From: Takakia lepidozioides
Lineage: Eukaryota; Plantae; Bryophyta
Assembly (NCBI GenBank): GCA_030704615.1
Contig: CM060732.1
Location: 45,074,001-45,138,000, forward strand
Direction: 5' to 3'
DNA: 64,000 bases
Shown: positions 38,478-53,106 of the stretch, one piece after another
Numbering within the stretch: the stretch's first letter is position 1
Layout of the letters: each line of letters begins with the position of its first letter
Program-made: the position numbers and the translations under genes
Notes under the pieces: model-generated
What the model saw: the letters and a program-made list of their open reading frames with translations, nothing else
The model's database searches: none
What the model was told of the DNA's origin: nothing

Positions 38478-41400
38478 GGAGGGACTCATGTGTACTGGGA
38501 AAGGTTGCATGATTTGGTGCTACAGTGTGCCTCAGAGCTTGTCATGACAACAAACTACCCCAGCCCTTGAAAAAAAACTTCTGTCCCTGCCAAGCACATG
38601 CTCTAACTCGACCAATAAGTCCTAGAATCTCATGATGGCCCGGAGAGGATTATAGCTCCGACAATTTTGGCTGTTGGGGAGGGGAAGCTCTGGGGTGGTG
38701 TTAATCGAATCGTGGAGTTGGATGATGAAGCCATGTTGACGGCCAAGCTGATCTCGCCCATTGTACCCGACACTTGAAGCTGCTACAAAGGTTGTGTTAT
38801 CAGTTATATCACTCCGTAAGTAGAACCTAGTCTGGTCAACATTTGACGGCGCGTTGAATGAGGCTTTACGTATATCTCATGCCGCAAGGGCAACTGTAGT
38901 GGATCTCATTATTGCATGCGCCCTTCTGTCGTTGTTGGGTGGATTCTCCGTTCGATGACTCGTTTCCCAAGGCTTGAGATTGCTTCCAGTCTTCCACACA
39001 ATGTAGCTGTCGGCATGGAACGCAAGATTGAGGGAGAGAAATCCACGGGATGAGGTTAGGCTCTGGACGGCGCGGACTTCATTTTGGTGGGGCGTTACTG
39101 ATCATAATAGGTAGTTTAGCAACAATGATGCGTCCCATCGAAATATCAGGCTACGGGTATGTCCGTCAAGCGCGCCAATGAAACTGAGGAGATTGGGTCA
39201 CTTGATGCAATGCGAGATAATCGGCTTATTACAAAGACAATCTGTAGATGAACAAGTGTTAGGAGAGGGGGCCTTGGCCTCATAATTCGCCCACTTTGCA
39301 ACTAAATGCTGGACGGTATGGGTGAGGCAAAAGCGCCCTGCTGCATGGAGAAGCGTAGAGTGCGCCGCACAGCGGGACTCATGAAAAGCAGCTCCGTGCA
39401 GTGCGCCTCGCGGCATGAACCTGTGAAAAAGGCTTCTTCCTGGGCAGCTGTGCAGTAGCCATACACTGCCACAAAGGGGTGATTCGCTTGTGATAGGTAC
39501 CTACCTCCTTTCTTTCGGCCTGGGTCCACACTCCACACACTGTTGCCCATTTTGGTGCCTGCACCTGACATACCCCAGATTCACATATCTAGCACCTGCC
39601 GCGTCAGTGACGGTCCTTCAACTGTCGACTCTGTTTGCTTTTCGTAGCTTTTTAGCCTTTGTGCATGCAGCTATTGCAGGTCAGTCAGAAAAGCAGAATC
39701 ACATGTAAACCACGGTCGAGCTGGGTAAGGTAGATGGATCAGCGGTGCGGGAGAACAGACACAACTTCTCAGGTCATTGCAACATACTCGCCGACTCTCC
39801 ACCGTTGACTGCCCCCGCCAGACTTGTACAACATCATACATACACTGCGGCCTGACTCTTCTCACAGTAACTTACTGCCACCAAAAACAACTCTCCATCT
39901 CTTTTCTTCGTCTCAAAAATTCAGACTTGCTCACCACCACCGTCTCCAACCCCACCCACTCCACAACAAAAACGCAGATTATCACTACATATTCACTACT
40001 AAACGAGTCAGATGTGTCAGACAACTTGCTCAGTCCTCTCTCTCAGAGTCTCAGTCTTCTACAGACTACGGTTCATTTGAGATTATATCTAAAATGTACG
40101 ATCTGAAAACCGACCTGAATGTGCGTAATAAGTACCCTAGCCATCTAGGTAATAACACTCCCCTGCACATGCAATCTCTGACCCAACTCCAGAGCAAAGG
40201 GATCCCATGCCAAGAAACGCAGTCTGCTCCCTGCGGCCTGCCACAAGTGACAAGCTTCCCTCTGGGATTCTGCTTGCACGCATTTCAACCTCTCCAGCGC
40301 ACACCAGGCCCCGCTACATGGGCTGCTGCGCGGCCGGGCTTTGACCGTGCAGCTCGCGCGTGCGAAGGGGGGACTCCGGGTCGCGCACAGGCCGGCGTCG
40401 CTGGGAGGGTTTGAATGCGGCGGTTTGTGCTTTGGCGCCCTGCGCTAGTGCAAGTGCGAATGTGTCTACCGCGCGTGCGAGAGACCGGGGCAGGAGAGGA
40501 CGAGCACGGGCGCGTGCGTCCTGTTGGTGGGGTTTTTTCACGATTTCTCTGTCTGCTTTGTTTGGAGTCTGGACGAAGAGGAAAAAGTAAGTTAAGTTAG
40601 TGAGGGAAAGAGACAAGGAGTGCCGTGTATGTAACTAGCAGAGGGCAGAGGGCAGAGGGCAATGAAAGCTGTGGGAGGTGTGGACACTGGAGTTTGGAGG
40701 GCAGAACAGTGCAGCAGCCATGGCATCACTTGGGCGCCTCCATTGGTTGCCTCACCTCCTTCATCACCATTGTCTTTGACCGTTAGTGCCCTGGCCTGCA
40801 GTAGCCTTGTCGTCTTCTGCTCACACTTGCAGACTGGATGAGGGCTGAAATCATTGGTGGTAGAACTGGCCATACAAGCTAGGTATATTCTAAAGCCCCG
40901 TGTTCATGTATGAGAGAGTTGAAGACACACATCACACACACACACACACACACAGCCTAGTTGGGAATGGATAGAAAACTCAGCTCCATCCACACACATG
41001 GGTCTTGTATGCTCATTAGCATTGAACCGATGGATGAATATTTGCTGGAGAAAGGAACATTTGAGCTCTATGCTGGTAAGAAACTCTCACCTTCTCTAAA
41101 GTTGACAGAACCCAATTGGATAGCATACTCCCTGCAACCAAAAAGAAAGCAAGTGAAGCATAATGTGTGCAGGAAAGACCCAGAAGAGCAAGAGTGTCTG
41201 TGAGAGAGAGAGAGAGAGAGGCTATTGTGCAGGTCTGGCATGCTTGTCCCCAAAACCTACTTGACTGTGACCTCAGCCCTTGTTTTTGTTGCTTGCGCTC
41301 TTGTTTTGCAATAGGGGATTTGATGTGTGTTTTGGGTGTGTATTTGTACTGACTGCATGATGATGACTGTGCACTGCCTGAATTGCATGATGGGCTGCCT

Positions 41401-42509
41401 CCAACTGACTTCAGCTGCTGGCAGTGCTGGGCATCCTTTCATTATTGGCTTCATTATTGCACACGGGGTCAGCGTTTGTTTCCTTAGTCAGTTTGTGGGA
41501 TGGTGAGTTAATGGATGGATTGTTACAGAACTTTATCAAAGGGATTTGGGGACGGACTACACACCATGAAATGGATTGTTTGTCGAGCTTCCCTCCTGAA
41601 TTCACCTGCCATTCCCATAAACCATTTAAATCGTACCCACCTGGTGCCCTGACATGTAATCTTCTGAAGAGACTACAGATTGTCACCATTTTATATACAT
41701 ACAATTTGCAACAAAGGCTTTGTTGTCCTTGGGTGTGAGGCTTCATCCTCCCAAACCCGAAAAAATTATCCAGGCATCCCTCCTCCTACACTCACAACTC
41801 CATATTCACTGCTAACACAAATGCATTGCCCACATAAACTGAGTTAAAAGGCGAACTCCAGAAGCACTGATGTATTGACACTGCACAGCAGCTTTTGGTT
41901 AAATAATTCTGTAACTTGATAGATTTTTCAGGGCTCTGTCCAAAGAAGGTATAGGCTATTCCCACACCAAGCTTCTTGAGTACCCTCCATGAATATCCAC
42001 AATGGCCTACCGATTACAAAATGATGTCATGAAAGCATTGCCATTACAATCCAATATATCACAAGTACATGAGCAGCCACCACCAAGAGGCGCCAAATGT
42101 CAAAGAAAGTGGTAAGGTACATATTTTACATGCAGCTAAAAGCACATCTGTTGCTTTTGCAACTCAAACTCCTCCTAAATGAAAACAGAAACACAAGGTT
42201 GTCGTTCACTGCATTATTTCATGACCCTTTGAAGTATAATACAACTGTTGATAATTTTAGTAACAAATTTTCCGGACAAAGTAGGCGGTGGGTGATCCAC
42301 AAATACTCTCAGGCCTGCAGTTGCTTCAAAGCTACAAGAGATTCTTTGGGTCACTGAAGCCACCTACATTCTAATCTGTACATTTGCTTCTTCCCCCTTT
42401 TTTAGCAAAAATCTGAGAGTGCCTTCGCATGCACACACAGATCCTTGCAGTTAGTTATGTGGTGATGTGAATTGATGACCAACTGTTGAGAATGAACAAG
42501 CCCTGAACC

Positions 42510-45500
42510 TCATTTTAATGCCGCTGCTTCTTTTGACTTGTCGTCCTCCTCGGACTCAGACTGTGAGAGGAGAATGTGAATGCCCTGGCGACCCAACCCT
42601 TGCCTTGAATACTCTCGCCATCGTCGGGCAGCTGCCGCAGTTTTGGCTGCTCTTTCTCGTGCATACGTGTCCTCTGCTCACAAGATTTAATTCTCATCTT
42701 AGCCACCAGCCTAAGTCCTTGTGGTTTTAGTCATCAAAAATTCAGAATCTTTGAAAAAGTAAATTGAAGGCACGATGATACAGAGACACACGACGGGTCA
42801 CAGCACGCACTGCTCCGAAAACAAACATGGCAATATAATATCTGTCACCACACCTGGAGAGATACCCCAACTTGTTCTGTTGAAACAGACATGGAGCAAT
42901 TTCCTACAGTGAATCAAGCTGCCAGTTTACAAATTAAATCCCTTTGTCTGACGAGTGCCGTACCTGGCTGGGGATCACCATCGCCTCCAGGTCGAGACCA
43001 CATGCCTTGCCACCATGGACCCTTCACACTTCCCTTTTCTTTCATCATCCGGACTTGTGCCCGTTCCTGCAATGTCAGGTCAACCACTGGATAAACGGAA
43101 TGAACTGTCTGAGAGGTTGATCAGACTACAGTGGAGTTGCAGACAGATACTCCATACCTGCTGCTACATGCCAAAGACAAATTGACACAACCAACCATGA
43201 AGATAATACACATAACGTGTTTCAATAATGAGAGAGAGTAATACCAGAGCCTTTGCTTGCCGCTTTTCCCATCTCCAGCTTGCCTGCAAAGCGCAATCAT
43301 AAAATCAAAGTGGGGTCAGATTGCCGTAAGGTTGATTCAACCTGCAGAGACTGTTCTGTTATGAGGTCCTCCAAGCTCCTGATGTTAAACTCATGGTTAA
43401 TGGTTGATAGAGTGAAGTCGCTACATGAGTGTTTTACTACTTTCGAAAGAGCAGCTTTCCACTAATAATCCCATATATATATTGATGCAAAGTAGTCAGA
43501 TGAGCAAAAGAATGCACCAAGCTTCTAGAGAAAACCAGGACAACACACAAGCTTTCCAAAATGTCACAGTTCAGAAACTGTCAAGCATGTCCCATCTACA
43601 AGCAGCCAGGATTCACCAGTAGTCAGGAAGAAACTGATGCCTAGCCAATTATTCTATACACAAAGGATAGGCTCATTAAAGAGTTCACATAGACCTTAAT
43701 GGTCACTTCCTGCAGTCCATTTCTGTGTTTCTTCAGAAAACTAAACCAGAGTTGATGTTGCGACATCACCTGAGCAAAGACATCAGGAGATTGATAGCCC
43801 ATTCCAGACAGCATCATGCCCACCTGCACTTCCACACATCTGAACATTAATCATTCTTACTGTATTCCAAGGAAAGAATTAATCACTGTAAACGTCCGAG
43901 CTTGGTCACAATGTTTTAGTCTCCTCTTGAATAAAATGCTGTTTGAATAGGCTTTGCAGTCCTAAGGTGCTAAGCAAAGAAAATCCCGGGTTATTCATTT
44001 CTGACATCACAACCAATCTCTGATCAATTCGATTGCTTGAGCAAACGCTGAAATGTGAATTAATATGCTGCAATTTCCAATCAATGAAAGGGCTAAGAAG
44101 TTCGTATGTACATTGACGCGCTCAATTCTCCTCATTTCGTCCTCCAGCAATGTCAGCTGGGCAGGTGATACCCAGTGAATGCAGTCAACAGGACTGCATA
44201 AGCCAAAAAAAACATTTTCTCTTAGAATTATAGATGAACTTTTTGCTGGGGCAATTGTAACAGAAGCAAAGCACCACATCTTCCTGTTCATGCAGACTGA
44301 ATACAGTATTAATTCAGAGTCAAACCAGGGACTGAAAAGAGAGAGAGAGAGAGAAGCCCATAGTTGCCCAAGACTGAGTGACAAAGAATGAAAGTAAAAA
44401 AGAACTTTATTACACGCCAGAGGACACAAGGGACAGAGAGCAGTAGGAACCGAAAGAACCATAGAACTAGTAGCTAGTGAGGTATGGAGAGAGAGCCCCT
44501 TTCCTGACCCAACTGCAATCCAGGATTCATTACAAAACTAAGTGCGAAACCTCCATGACACCATCATCTGACTGTAGATCTCTTCCTCATTTGTGCCCAT
44601 CTGCCAGTCTTCTTCCACCCATCCCTTAATCACTCCCAATATAGAGGAAGGCAGTAGCCCTTCCGGGTGAAGAGACACATAATTTACACATGCTTCAGCA
44701 GGAGACCCCCTTGTATCTTTAGAAATAACTGAAATGGTGAAGAGATATGAGTTGTAATCCATACCATGTCTCAATGGCCAACTGAGCCAACGGACCATTA
44801 TTTTTCTGACAAAACACACGTGCCCGTCCAAATTCCTCCTCTATTTCAAATGTGTCTTCTGCAGTGTTAGCACAGTTCTTGCAGCCTGCAGAGATCCATG
44901 AAAGTATTCAACAACATATTGAATGCAAAAATGCCCCCATCAAAATTGCTATAATGAATCCACATATAATATATACTAGATTGGCCTGTGCCATTGAGCA
45001 CATATTGTACTGTCATTTTTGTATTCCAGAAAAACCCAATCTGCTATTTTTCATGATATCTCCCACACCGCAGGTCCAAAAATTATGAAACTGCCTCGAT
45101 GCACCCCTACTCATAGAGGGCTTTCCAGCGATATGAAGAACCCGGGCAGAGGCCTTGCGGTTTGGGAGATCGCAACAACGGAAAGCAAACAAAACAAAAC
45201 AAACTACCATAGATCTATGTGCCAGTCAGTAAACTACTGAGAGGGAAAAAAAGATGTAATGCTGTTAATTCTCTCGGAATACTTTTGTCAAAAACTGTTT
45301 TGCATTCCATTTGACCTCTGATTTCAGATACAGGAAAAAGGGAGGAAGGGAAATAAAGCCAAACTGGCTCAGGATGCTGACTCTCAGTGAAACTAACATA
45401 TTCAACCAAAACTTTCAGAGTGTCTCTCTGTTTTCTTCCAGAAACTGGACACCAAATCTCCATCATTCTCTCTCTTTCCCTCTCCTTCAGAAGTCCACAG

Positions 45501-47808
45501 GCCATTCGGGCTAGTAAGCTTGCTTTCTTTCCTTCTCTCCCAGGTCCCCAGACTAAGAAAACTACAGCTATGCTGGAAATCCAGGTTTGATACACCAGAT
45601 CTAGTATAAATCCTCCTGGATACTTGTTGAGTTCATGACAACATAGAGAGCTCATGAACTACAGGGCAACACTGGGGCAATACATGCCTTGAAAAGCTCA
45701 AAGTTCCGAATAAGAACATTTCAATTATAGTTTGGAGAAGAGAAAGGGCTGACCAATGCAAGTGAATTCGTCGACAAAGACATGGTCACGTTCTTGTGAT
45801 GGGTTCAAAAAGGGGTTCATGGCAGTGAGAGCGAAGCCATTGATCTCATCATAGATCATGCGTTGCTCTGGATCACTGAGCACCTGCCAAGTCAGCAAAC
45901 ATTATGTCAAAGGCAAGGGTTACATTTTACTACTCTAGTTAATGCTAAAGTGGGTTAGGCATACATCTACTAAAATGGGTTATTCCAACCACCATGAGTG
46001 CGATGGAAGCCACCGATCCAATTTGAAGTGCGAATTATCCATCAACATTGCATGCCCTTATACACCTTGCAATGGTAATGAGCGCAAAAGAAACATGACA
46101 GGAGAACCAACTGCAATCCCCTCCTTGCTTACCCCACTGAACATGATATCACATGTGCATTTACCTTTCTGAATTTTGAAGAAAAAGGAGAAGTCTTAAA
46201 AATGTAAACAATAAAAGCCTATACCCTCAAACTCTCAGACTACCTTTACATGTCATAGTACAATGAAAGACAGGTTAGTCTAAAAGAGGATCGCAGACGA
46301 GACCTCATAGATCTCATTGATGAACATACAGAAGTCTGTAGACTCAGAGCGGTTGCCACTTAAATCAGGGTGGCACGCCTTCATGCAGGAGTAGTAAGCT
46401 TTCTTTATCTCATCCTGGGTTGCCTCAGGTGTCTGCCCAAAACGAAGAATTGACATCAGACAAACTGCACGTGATCACTGTCAGTGAGAATCATAAACTG
46501 CACACTAGGGGGGAAGAGAGGTAAAGAGAATAGGAAAGAAAGAGACTTCATAATGTCCACAATGGGCCCCAAGGGAAGAAAGACAGACCACCGGTGGAGT
46601 GACAAATCAGCTTGACACTGTATTTTCCAAGTTCATTCAATCTATTGTGTATCTTAATAATCTACATCTCCATATTGCACTACAAAGCTTGTTCCACTTT
46701 TGCACAAACAGTCTCGCAACAGCACTGGCATGAAGACCACTTGTGAGAACCAAGGTCCCAATTTCTTTCCAGATTTTGTTGAGTTATCAGAAAAGGTACT
46801 GGAGGATTCAAATTATGGTGGGAGCTACAGGCACAAATACATAACCCTAGTTCGAGAAACAATTTTCTGAGCAAGTAAAGTTTCACTACTGTCCAAGGTA
46901 CAAGTTTCGATATTTCAATTACTCAGCCGCAATGCAAAGAGAACCAATCTCATCTGTATCCATCTATCTTTCTCTCCAGGTGTTACACACTTTGAGGGGA
47001 CCTTGCAGTCGAGGAAAGAAAGAGGCCTATCAATCTAGTAAAAGCAGCCTGGTTGCACTTTCTTTCACCCGTACACATAAGGTGCTCCTGCTACATGCGA
47101 GCATACAGTGCAGTAGCTCCAATGTCGACGTGAATGGTCCCCCTACCCCCAATCTTCGAAGCCAGTATCTTCAAAGCAGTTTGTCGAAATCCGAAGTAAA
47201 TTAGGGGGTGGCGACAGTAGACTACCGTGCCCGAAAATGAGCTGCAACGTCTTGTATCCAACAACCTGATTAGAGTGACTTCCTGAGTTTAAGCTCCAGC
47301 CCTTCCCACGAGAAATATATTGCAGCCCATACAAAGCATACACTGGAAGAAGGGCAAGAGCGTCACCACCACTTCATCAGAGGAGCACAGGTAACCGGTA
47401 TATGAGCCACAAGATAGAGGCTTGGCTGTTGAGTGATTTCTCGTTTATTGCTCCACTGTAAACGCAACAGACTCAAGCTTATCACAGACAAAAGGTGAAA
47501 GAAATCAGAAATCAAATCCTGGAGATGAATCGTACCAAGCCAAGCACAGAATAGAAATCATCGGCAATGACTTCACGAGTAACGTCAGCGTCATCTACGC
47601 CTAGTCTCGCTTGTGCTCCCACAAATCGTGAAGAACGTCGCCTCAAGGAAGACAACTGATTTGATACTCCCCCGTCTATTGGTTTCTGTGGCATTAGGTC
47701 GCGAGCATAGAATCCGTTCAAGTGTCGCTTTGGCTCACATGAATGTCTAGTCACTCTACAAGTTATCAAAACTGTTGGCAAAGGTAGAATTTGCTGCGCA
47801 GCCGCCAT
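42510..47808 (-). CDS. DJC77: Chloroplast DnaJ protein with ferredoxin (4Fe-4S) domain, about 9 exons
   Basis: Exons assembled manually: transit peptide + DFYSVLGL / EIKKAYYSCMKACHPD / VFVDEFTCIG / CKNCA...FGRARV / CPVDCIHW...LLEDEMRRIERVN / VGMMLSGMG / WEKRQAKAL / ... / AAAARRWREYSR. GT-AG junctions are visible. Confidence 0.9.
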
Positions 47809-48670
47809 TGTCCTCTGGATACCAATCCCTAAGTATCAACCTCAACAGCAGCAGCTTCAGAATTGTCGACAAATTATCTATGCTATGTTTAGTTTGATCT
47901 TCCAAAGGAGGTGCTTCTGTGACTACACATACCCGATACAATTGAGTTTGCCAATACATGCAAATCCAAAGGACGAAACTCAGCTATAGTTTCTGCAAGT
48001 TCAGCCCTTGTCCTTATTGCAAAATATTTCACTTCATATTTCATTTCAGATAGGAAAACTTCAATTGCAACTAGACCGTTTGCAGTTCAGCTCATCCAAG
48101 TGCCTTTCCAAGGAATCTCAAGACGCTCTCCCTGCTTCATCGTGCTGCCGTCTTCACATCAGTCACACCGAATGCACGGATTCCCTCAGCAGAAGCCCGC
48201 GGACGAAACTGACACCATAAGCAGCAGATGCGTCCTAGAATCTGAAGCTACTTTTACAGAGATGCACAAATTTCTCCTCGGGAACGAGAAGGGAGTAACT
48301 GGAATCTGCACCCCGATTTGTGTACCAATGAGTGCCGATTGCAGCTGCACCACAGCTTGCTGCCACGTAAGTATCTTGTGCCACACTGCTGCTGAATGCG
48401 TGCGTGATGTGGCGAGGAACGCAACAACCACATGCTTGCTGGATGTGAATTCCAAACAGAATCGCTGTTCACATGGATGGACAATGTAATGTTGTTTGCA
48501 CTAGTGGAGGTGAACGTTTCAAGTAACTACTTACTATTTTTGAAGTAGGATGGAAAGTTTTAGACATTCAGTGCAGTTTTTCAATTATCAGCAGCGCTCA
48601 CTTTGTATGTTAGGAACATCAAAAGGCAATAACAGAACTTTCATTGCCAAGAAGAGAGGGAGGGGAATAC

Positions 48671-51600
48671 CAGCACCGACTTCCGTATGGATCTCATCAA
48701 TGAACAAAATGATTTGACCATCAGAATCAGTGACTTCCTTTAGCACTGCTTTTAATCAATCCTCAACACCCCACCCCCCCCCCCCCCCCAAACTTGGCAC
48801 CTGCTATCAATGCCCCCATGTCCAGAGATATCAACTGCACAACATTTTCTGTTCTCAGCGTAGTTGGCAAGCAAATCTTGATCAGAAAATGTCTCTCTCC
48901 CTTGCACTTAATTATGGACATACATTGAAGCATCCATGATTATGTTTAGACACAACAGTCTCTTGAAGTAATTTCTGGAGAACAACCAATGGACGCCAGA
49001 TGAATGCCAAGTGCCAGGCAGATCAGTAAAAACGTAAAAACCTTGCAGTTAATGAGAGCTTGGGGAACATCTCCTTGCACAATACGCTGTGCCAGCCTGC
49101 TCATCCACACAAACTTGAAGTCAGTTAATGAAAGAAATCATTTATATCTAGGTTCAAATTTGTAACACCATGGTGCTGAGGAATGGGTTGTTATACATCA
49201 TAAATGTAGAGGGGTCTGTGGTCACCCTACAGCAAACATTCTCGAGACTACACCCTGCCCCCCCACCCCCCATCCCACAACATGTAAGAAAGAACCTCGA
49301 GTCTCCACTTTCTCTCTCTCTCTGGCCCTGGCTATGGCAAGCAAAGTTTTATGAGTACATTCTCTCTCTGGCCCTGTTGGTGTCTAATTGCTTGGCAGCT
49401 CACACACAGCAGCTTGATGCTTGTGTGAAGGGCTTTCTAGAGGATATCTGGAAAGCCCATACTTCTTGCTTAGACCAAGGTAACCGAGTGACCTCACAAA
49501 GATAATGTCGTTCCCTTTGTTCTGTCAAACTGGGCACAGGGTCTACGGCAACAAGGCTATGGCAATCAACGTCTCATGAGTACATTCTCTCTCTAAATAA
49601 GAATGGTGCTGTCATACCAAGGCTACTACAACAGATCCCATCAGAACTCTTTACTTAAGTGCCTTTGGGCCGGAATAGCACTGGCTGGGTGACCTACCCA
49701 GAAGTCCCCGTGCTGCACCCACTGTTTAGAGTTCCACCCAAACTAGGTGCAGGTCTATGGCCACAAGGCTACGGCAGACAACCTCTCATGAGTACATTCT
49801 CTCAAATAAGAGATCTTGCTAGGGCTATACAGGAGTGAATAGAACGCACATAGAACACAATATGGTATAAGTAGCACAAGGGATAAGGAATACCCTAGTC
49901 AGTGACCTTCTGGCTGGAGCCTCAAATGGCTTCAATGGCAGCATTCAAACTTTTGGCTGACAACTGGAACTCCTTTGAAAACTTGCTGTCCGAAACACTT
50001 GGACAAATCCAAGCACCACAGAAACAAATGAATCACCATATTGCTTCTTGGGGCCCCTGTCTATTAAGGCCTCCAAATCACGACCCGACTTTGATCCACT
50101 TGTATCCCCTGTAACCTGGGGAACATCATGCGCTTCGTGTCATAAAATACCTGCTAGTTTCCTAATTGTTCATGGAAGCACAAGACCAACTTACCAAGAC
50201 ACACCTGATAAGCAAGACCAAGCTTCACGTCACTGTTCCTGTTTTCTTCCATATAAATCTTTGCCAACTGAGATCATACCCAGATTTACCAGGAAGTCAC
50301 ATACCTAGATAATTGATTGCTGACCATAGAGTGCAGCCAAACCAGACCACTAAAGACACAGACCAACTGAGCAAAGCAAAATAGGAAACCAAAAACCAGA
50401 CAAAGGAAGAGTGACATGGCTTCTTCGTCAGAGCCACTTGTGACAACAGGAAAACATCCCACAGCACTAGTGAAATACTGGCTTCATCTCTGACTTTATG
50501 AGCGCCCAACAGAGATAACTGGCACCCCAGATTGTTGGCTGTTCCCACGAAATGGTCTGGCTGTTGATTCTCTTCTACAGAGAACATACGTAATTCAGAC
50601 AAAGTAAATTCAACTACAAAACTACATACAAAGTAGAACAACATATATCTAATCTGAGAGCCTAATAAAATGTAAACTCCATACAAGTAAAACAAAAGAA
50701 CAGAAAAGGAAGGACAAAAACAAATTCCTTGGCATGTCTACCAATAATTTCCAACTTTACTTCTCATGCAACTCCATCTCAACGCAATCACCATTTGGTA
50801 TACCATCAAATCCCTCAACTTTGTCAATTCTTGCAAACCTGGGGCTTTGACCTCCCAAATTCAAGCGAGCACTAAGAAGGGCATCTGACAAGCACATTCC
50901 AATGTGTCACCTCTGGCTTCATTAAATGCTCTGTCTTTCTAGCTGTCCAAAGTTATGTAAGAACCTTAGGTTGGCGCTGAGTAAACCGGTCGGTTGATTG
51001 CAGAAGAGAGGTGTTATCAACTCCTGCTTTTGGCGAAGCTTCGGAGTACGTGCTAGCCCATTTGGTTGTTCCAGCAACGCCTTCATCAAATGTTCTGTCT
51101 CTACAATTTGCTGTTTGCTTTCTTCGGCAACTTCCGGTGAGGCTACAATAGCCTGTCAAGCCATCCCTGTGAATTCTCCTTGATTTTATCTGCACATCCA
51201 AATCCCATGTTGGCAAAGGTTCCATCTTCTGTCTTTGGCTGTGGGCCAAACTCGACTTAAAACAAAATCCTGCCGCAAGTTGCCCTTTTGTTTAAATGTA
51301 TGAAGTATCTTGTTCCCCTTCTTTTTGCTAACTTTGTGGTAGCCACTACCAGCCACATTCGCTTTCAGCTCTAGAGAGGGCTAAAACAGCAGAGGACACC
51401 CTCATGTCACCTGCATTCCTGAAGGATTGCATTAGAATAGACAAAACTGGAGTGGGACATTGAAGGTGGTACCCAATTGACTGCACCATCCCAGGGAACT
51501 CAGTGTGCAAATAGCATCCCCCTCCAAAATCCCAGGATAGAAATTACTTTATGCAAGGGATATGTACCTATACTCCAGACTAAAGACATTCGACAAAAGG

Positions 51601-52094
51601 GAAAACTAAAAACGAAACCACATTATTCAGTCATGGGCATACCAGATACATTGCAAGAAGGTGTCTGCATAATTCTATCACCCCGTGCGCACACCTCCGC
51701 GAAGAGCTACATATAAGGTGCATGTTTTTTGGATAACGGTTTTGATTCTTACCCCCGACGAACTTCGAGCCTCAGCGCGAGGTGGTTGCCAAAAACGCTC
51801 GTCTGCCTGGCAACACCACCGTTTCCAAATGTATTCTTCCTACAACCCGTTCAGGCCTACACCCTACGAAAGCTTGCCATGGATCGATTTTGCTGCCAGC
51901 CAGACACCTTGCAACAGAGGCCAGCGAAGGCTCCCACCTTTACCGGCGTCACAAAACACCCTCCCTATGGCTGTGAATCCAGAAAGAGCTGCAAGAGACT
52001 TCAACGGCTTATATCTGATTGCAGCAGAAACCAGAGCTGGAGACTTCTTTGCAGCTACAGACGAATAGTGACCGGTAAGCGTTCCAATTTCCAT
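48671..52094 (-). pseudogene. CLPB3: Chloroplast ClpB/Hsp100 (ClpB3-like) pseudogene, 5' part only
   Basis: Exon remnants: 51191-50967 EFTGMA*QAIVASPEVAEESKQQIVETEHLMKALLEQPNGLAR..KAGVDNT; 50115-49893 GRDLEAL...GDSFVSV...LNAAIEAI*G; 49097-49040 LAQRIVQGDVPQAL; 48834-48671 LISLDMGALIAGAKF...[24 protein letters not shown]. There are stops, frameshifts and a poly-G expansion. The upstream transit-peptide exon is tentative. Confidence 0.9.
49320..49810 (+). mobile_element. Three tandem 5'-truncated LINE 3' ends
   Basis: Each ends in ...ATGAGTACATTCTCTC(TC). The middle copy encodes SNCLAAHTQQLDACVKGFLEDIWK, matching the LINE at 63.5-64 kb in the opposite orientation. Confidence 0.7.
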
Positions 52095-53106
52095 CGAGCT
52101 AGGATTTAAAAGACTTGGACATCCGTGTTGCCATGGCCAAAACCTGAGGCGGGGGAGGTGACAGATATTTGACTGCTGACACAATCTTCAACACTAAGCT
52201 TTGAAATGGCCAGGTTCAAACAGCAGCAGAAATTCGGGACCGAGAGCGGGGGAAAGGGACGCACTGGGAGATTCATCATCAATCAGCCGCCCAACTTAGT
52301 GGACTTCAAATGCTTGACAATGAAGCAACTCCGATCTCCATTCTTCTCACCAACAGCGTCTAGCGCTGCAGGAAGAATCTGGCAGCGATGGACGATTTGG
52401 GTTTGGCAAGTACTATTTTTTGGGTTGGATCTCGCCCGATTATAGAGTCAGATATCCCCAATGATGGCAAGGAAACTGCCGATCATGCTGCTACCATTTT
52501 GTCATAACAGAATCTCCACTGGGCCCCCTTATTCTTAGCATCTGAGGAAGTCTATAAATGTATGTGGCTCTTAGTTACGCCAGCTTTGGCCGCAGTCCTT
52601 CTTCTTCTTTCTTCTTCTTCTTCTATGTGGTCCCAATTGGTGTGCCTTGTGATAAGGAGGTAAGAGGGCCGCCCACCATGCCGGACGGCCGTCGCCAAAG
52701 ACCCGCCGCCATCAATCCATGTTTGTGTGTGCTTGTTAACAGTGTGCCTAAACTATTTGCATAGATATTGTGAGGTCTACTCTAGTGTAGCATCAGAAAA
52801 ATCTCCAAAAATATTAGTGATGAAGTAACTGAACCATCTGATCGGTGCATGCAAAATTAGCGTCCACCCAATTGCAGCACACCAGATATTAATATAGAGA
52901 CAGATAAATTCAATAATTTTTTTTTCTTTTATTTTTTTAAAAATATGTTTTTAAAGAAAAAGGGAATATAAGCCTGGAACTCATCAAATCCTATTAAAAG
53001 CAAGGCAAAGTGACATGTCCTAATCGATATATAAGAGGACTCTTTCTCTCTCATGCTCTCCAGACTCTCCTCTCTCTCTTTCTTGCTCTTCAAACTCGTT
53101 GTCAAC

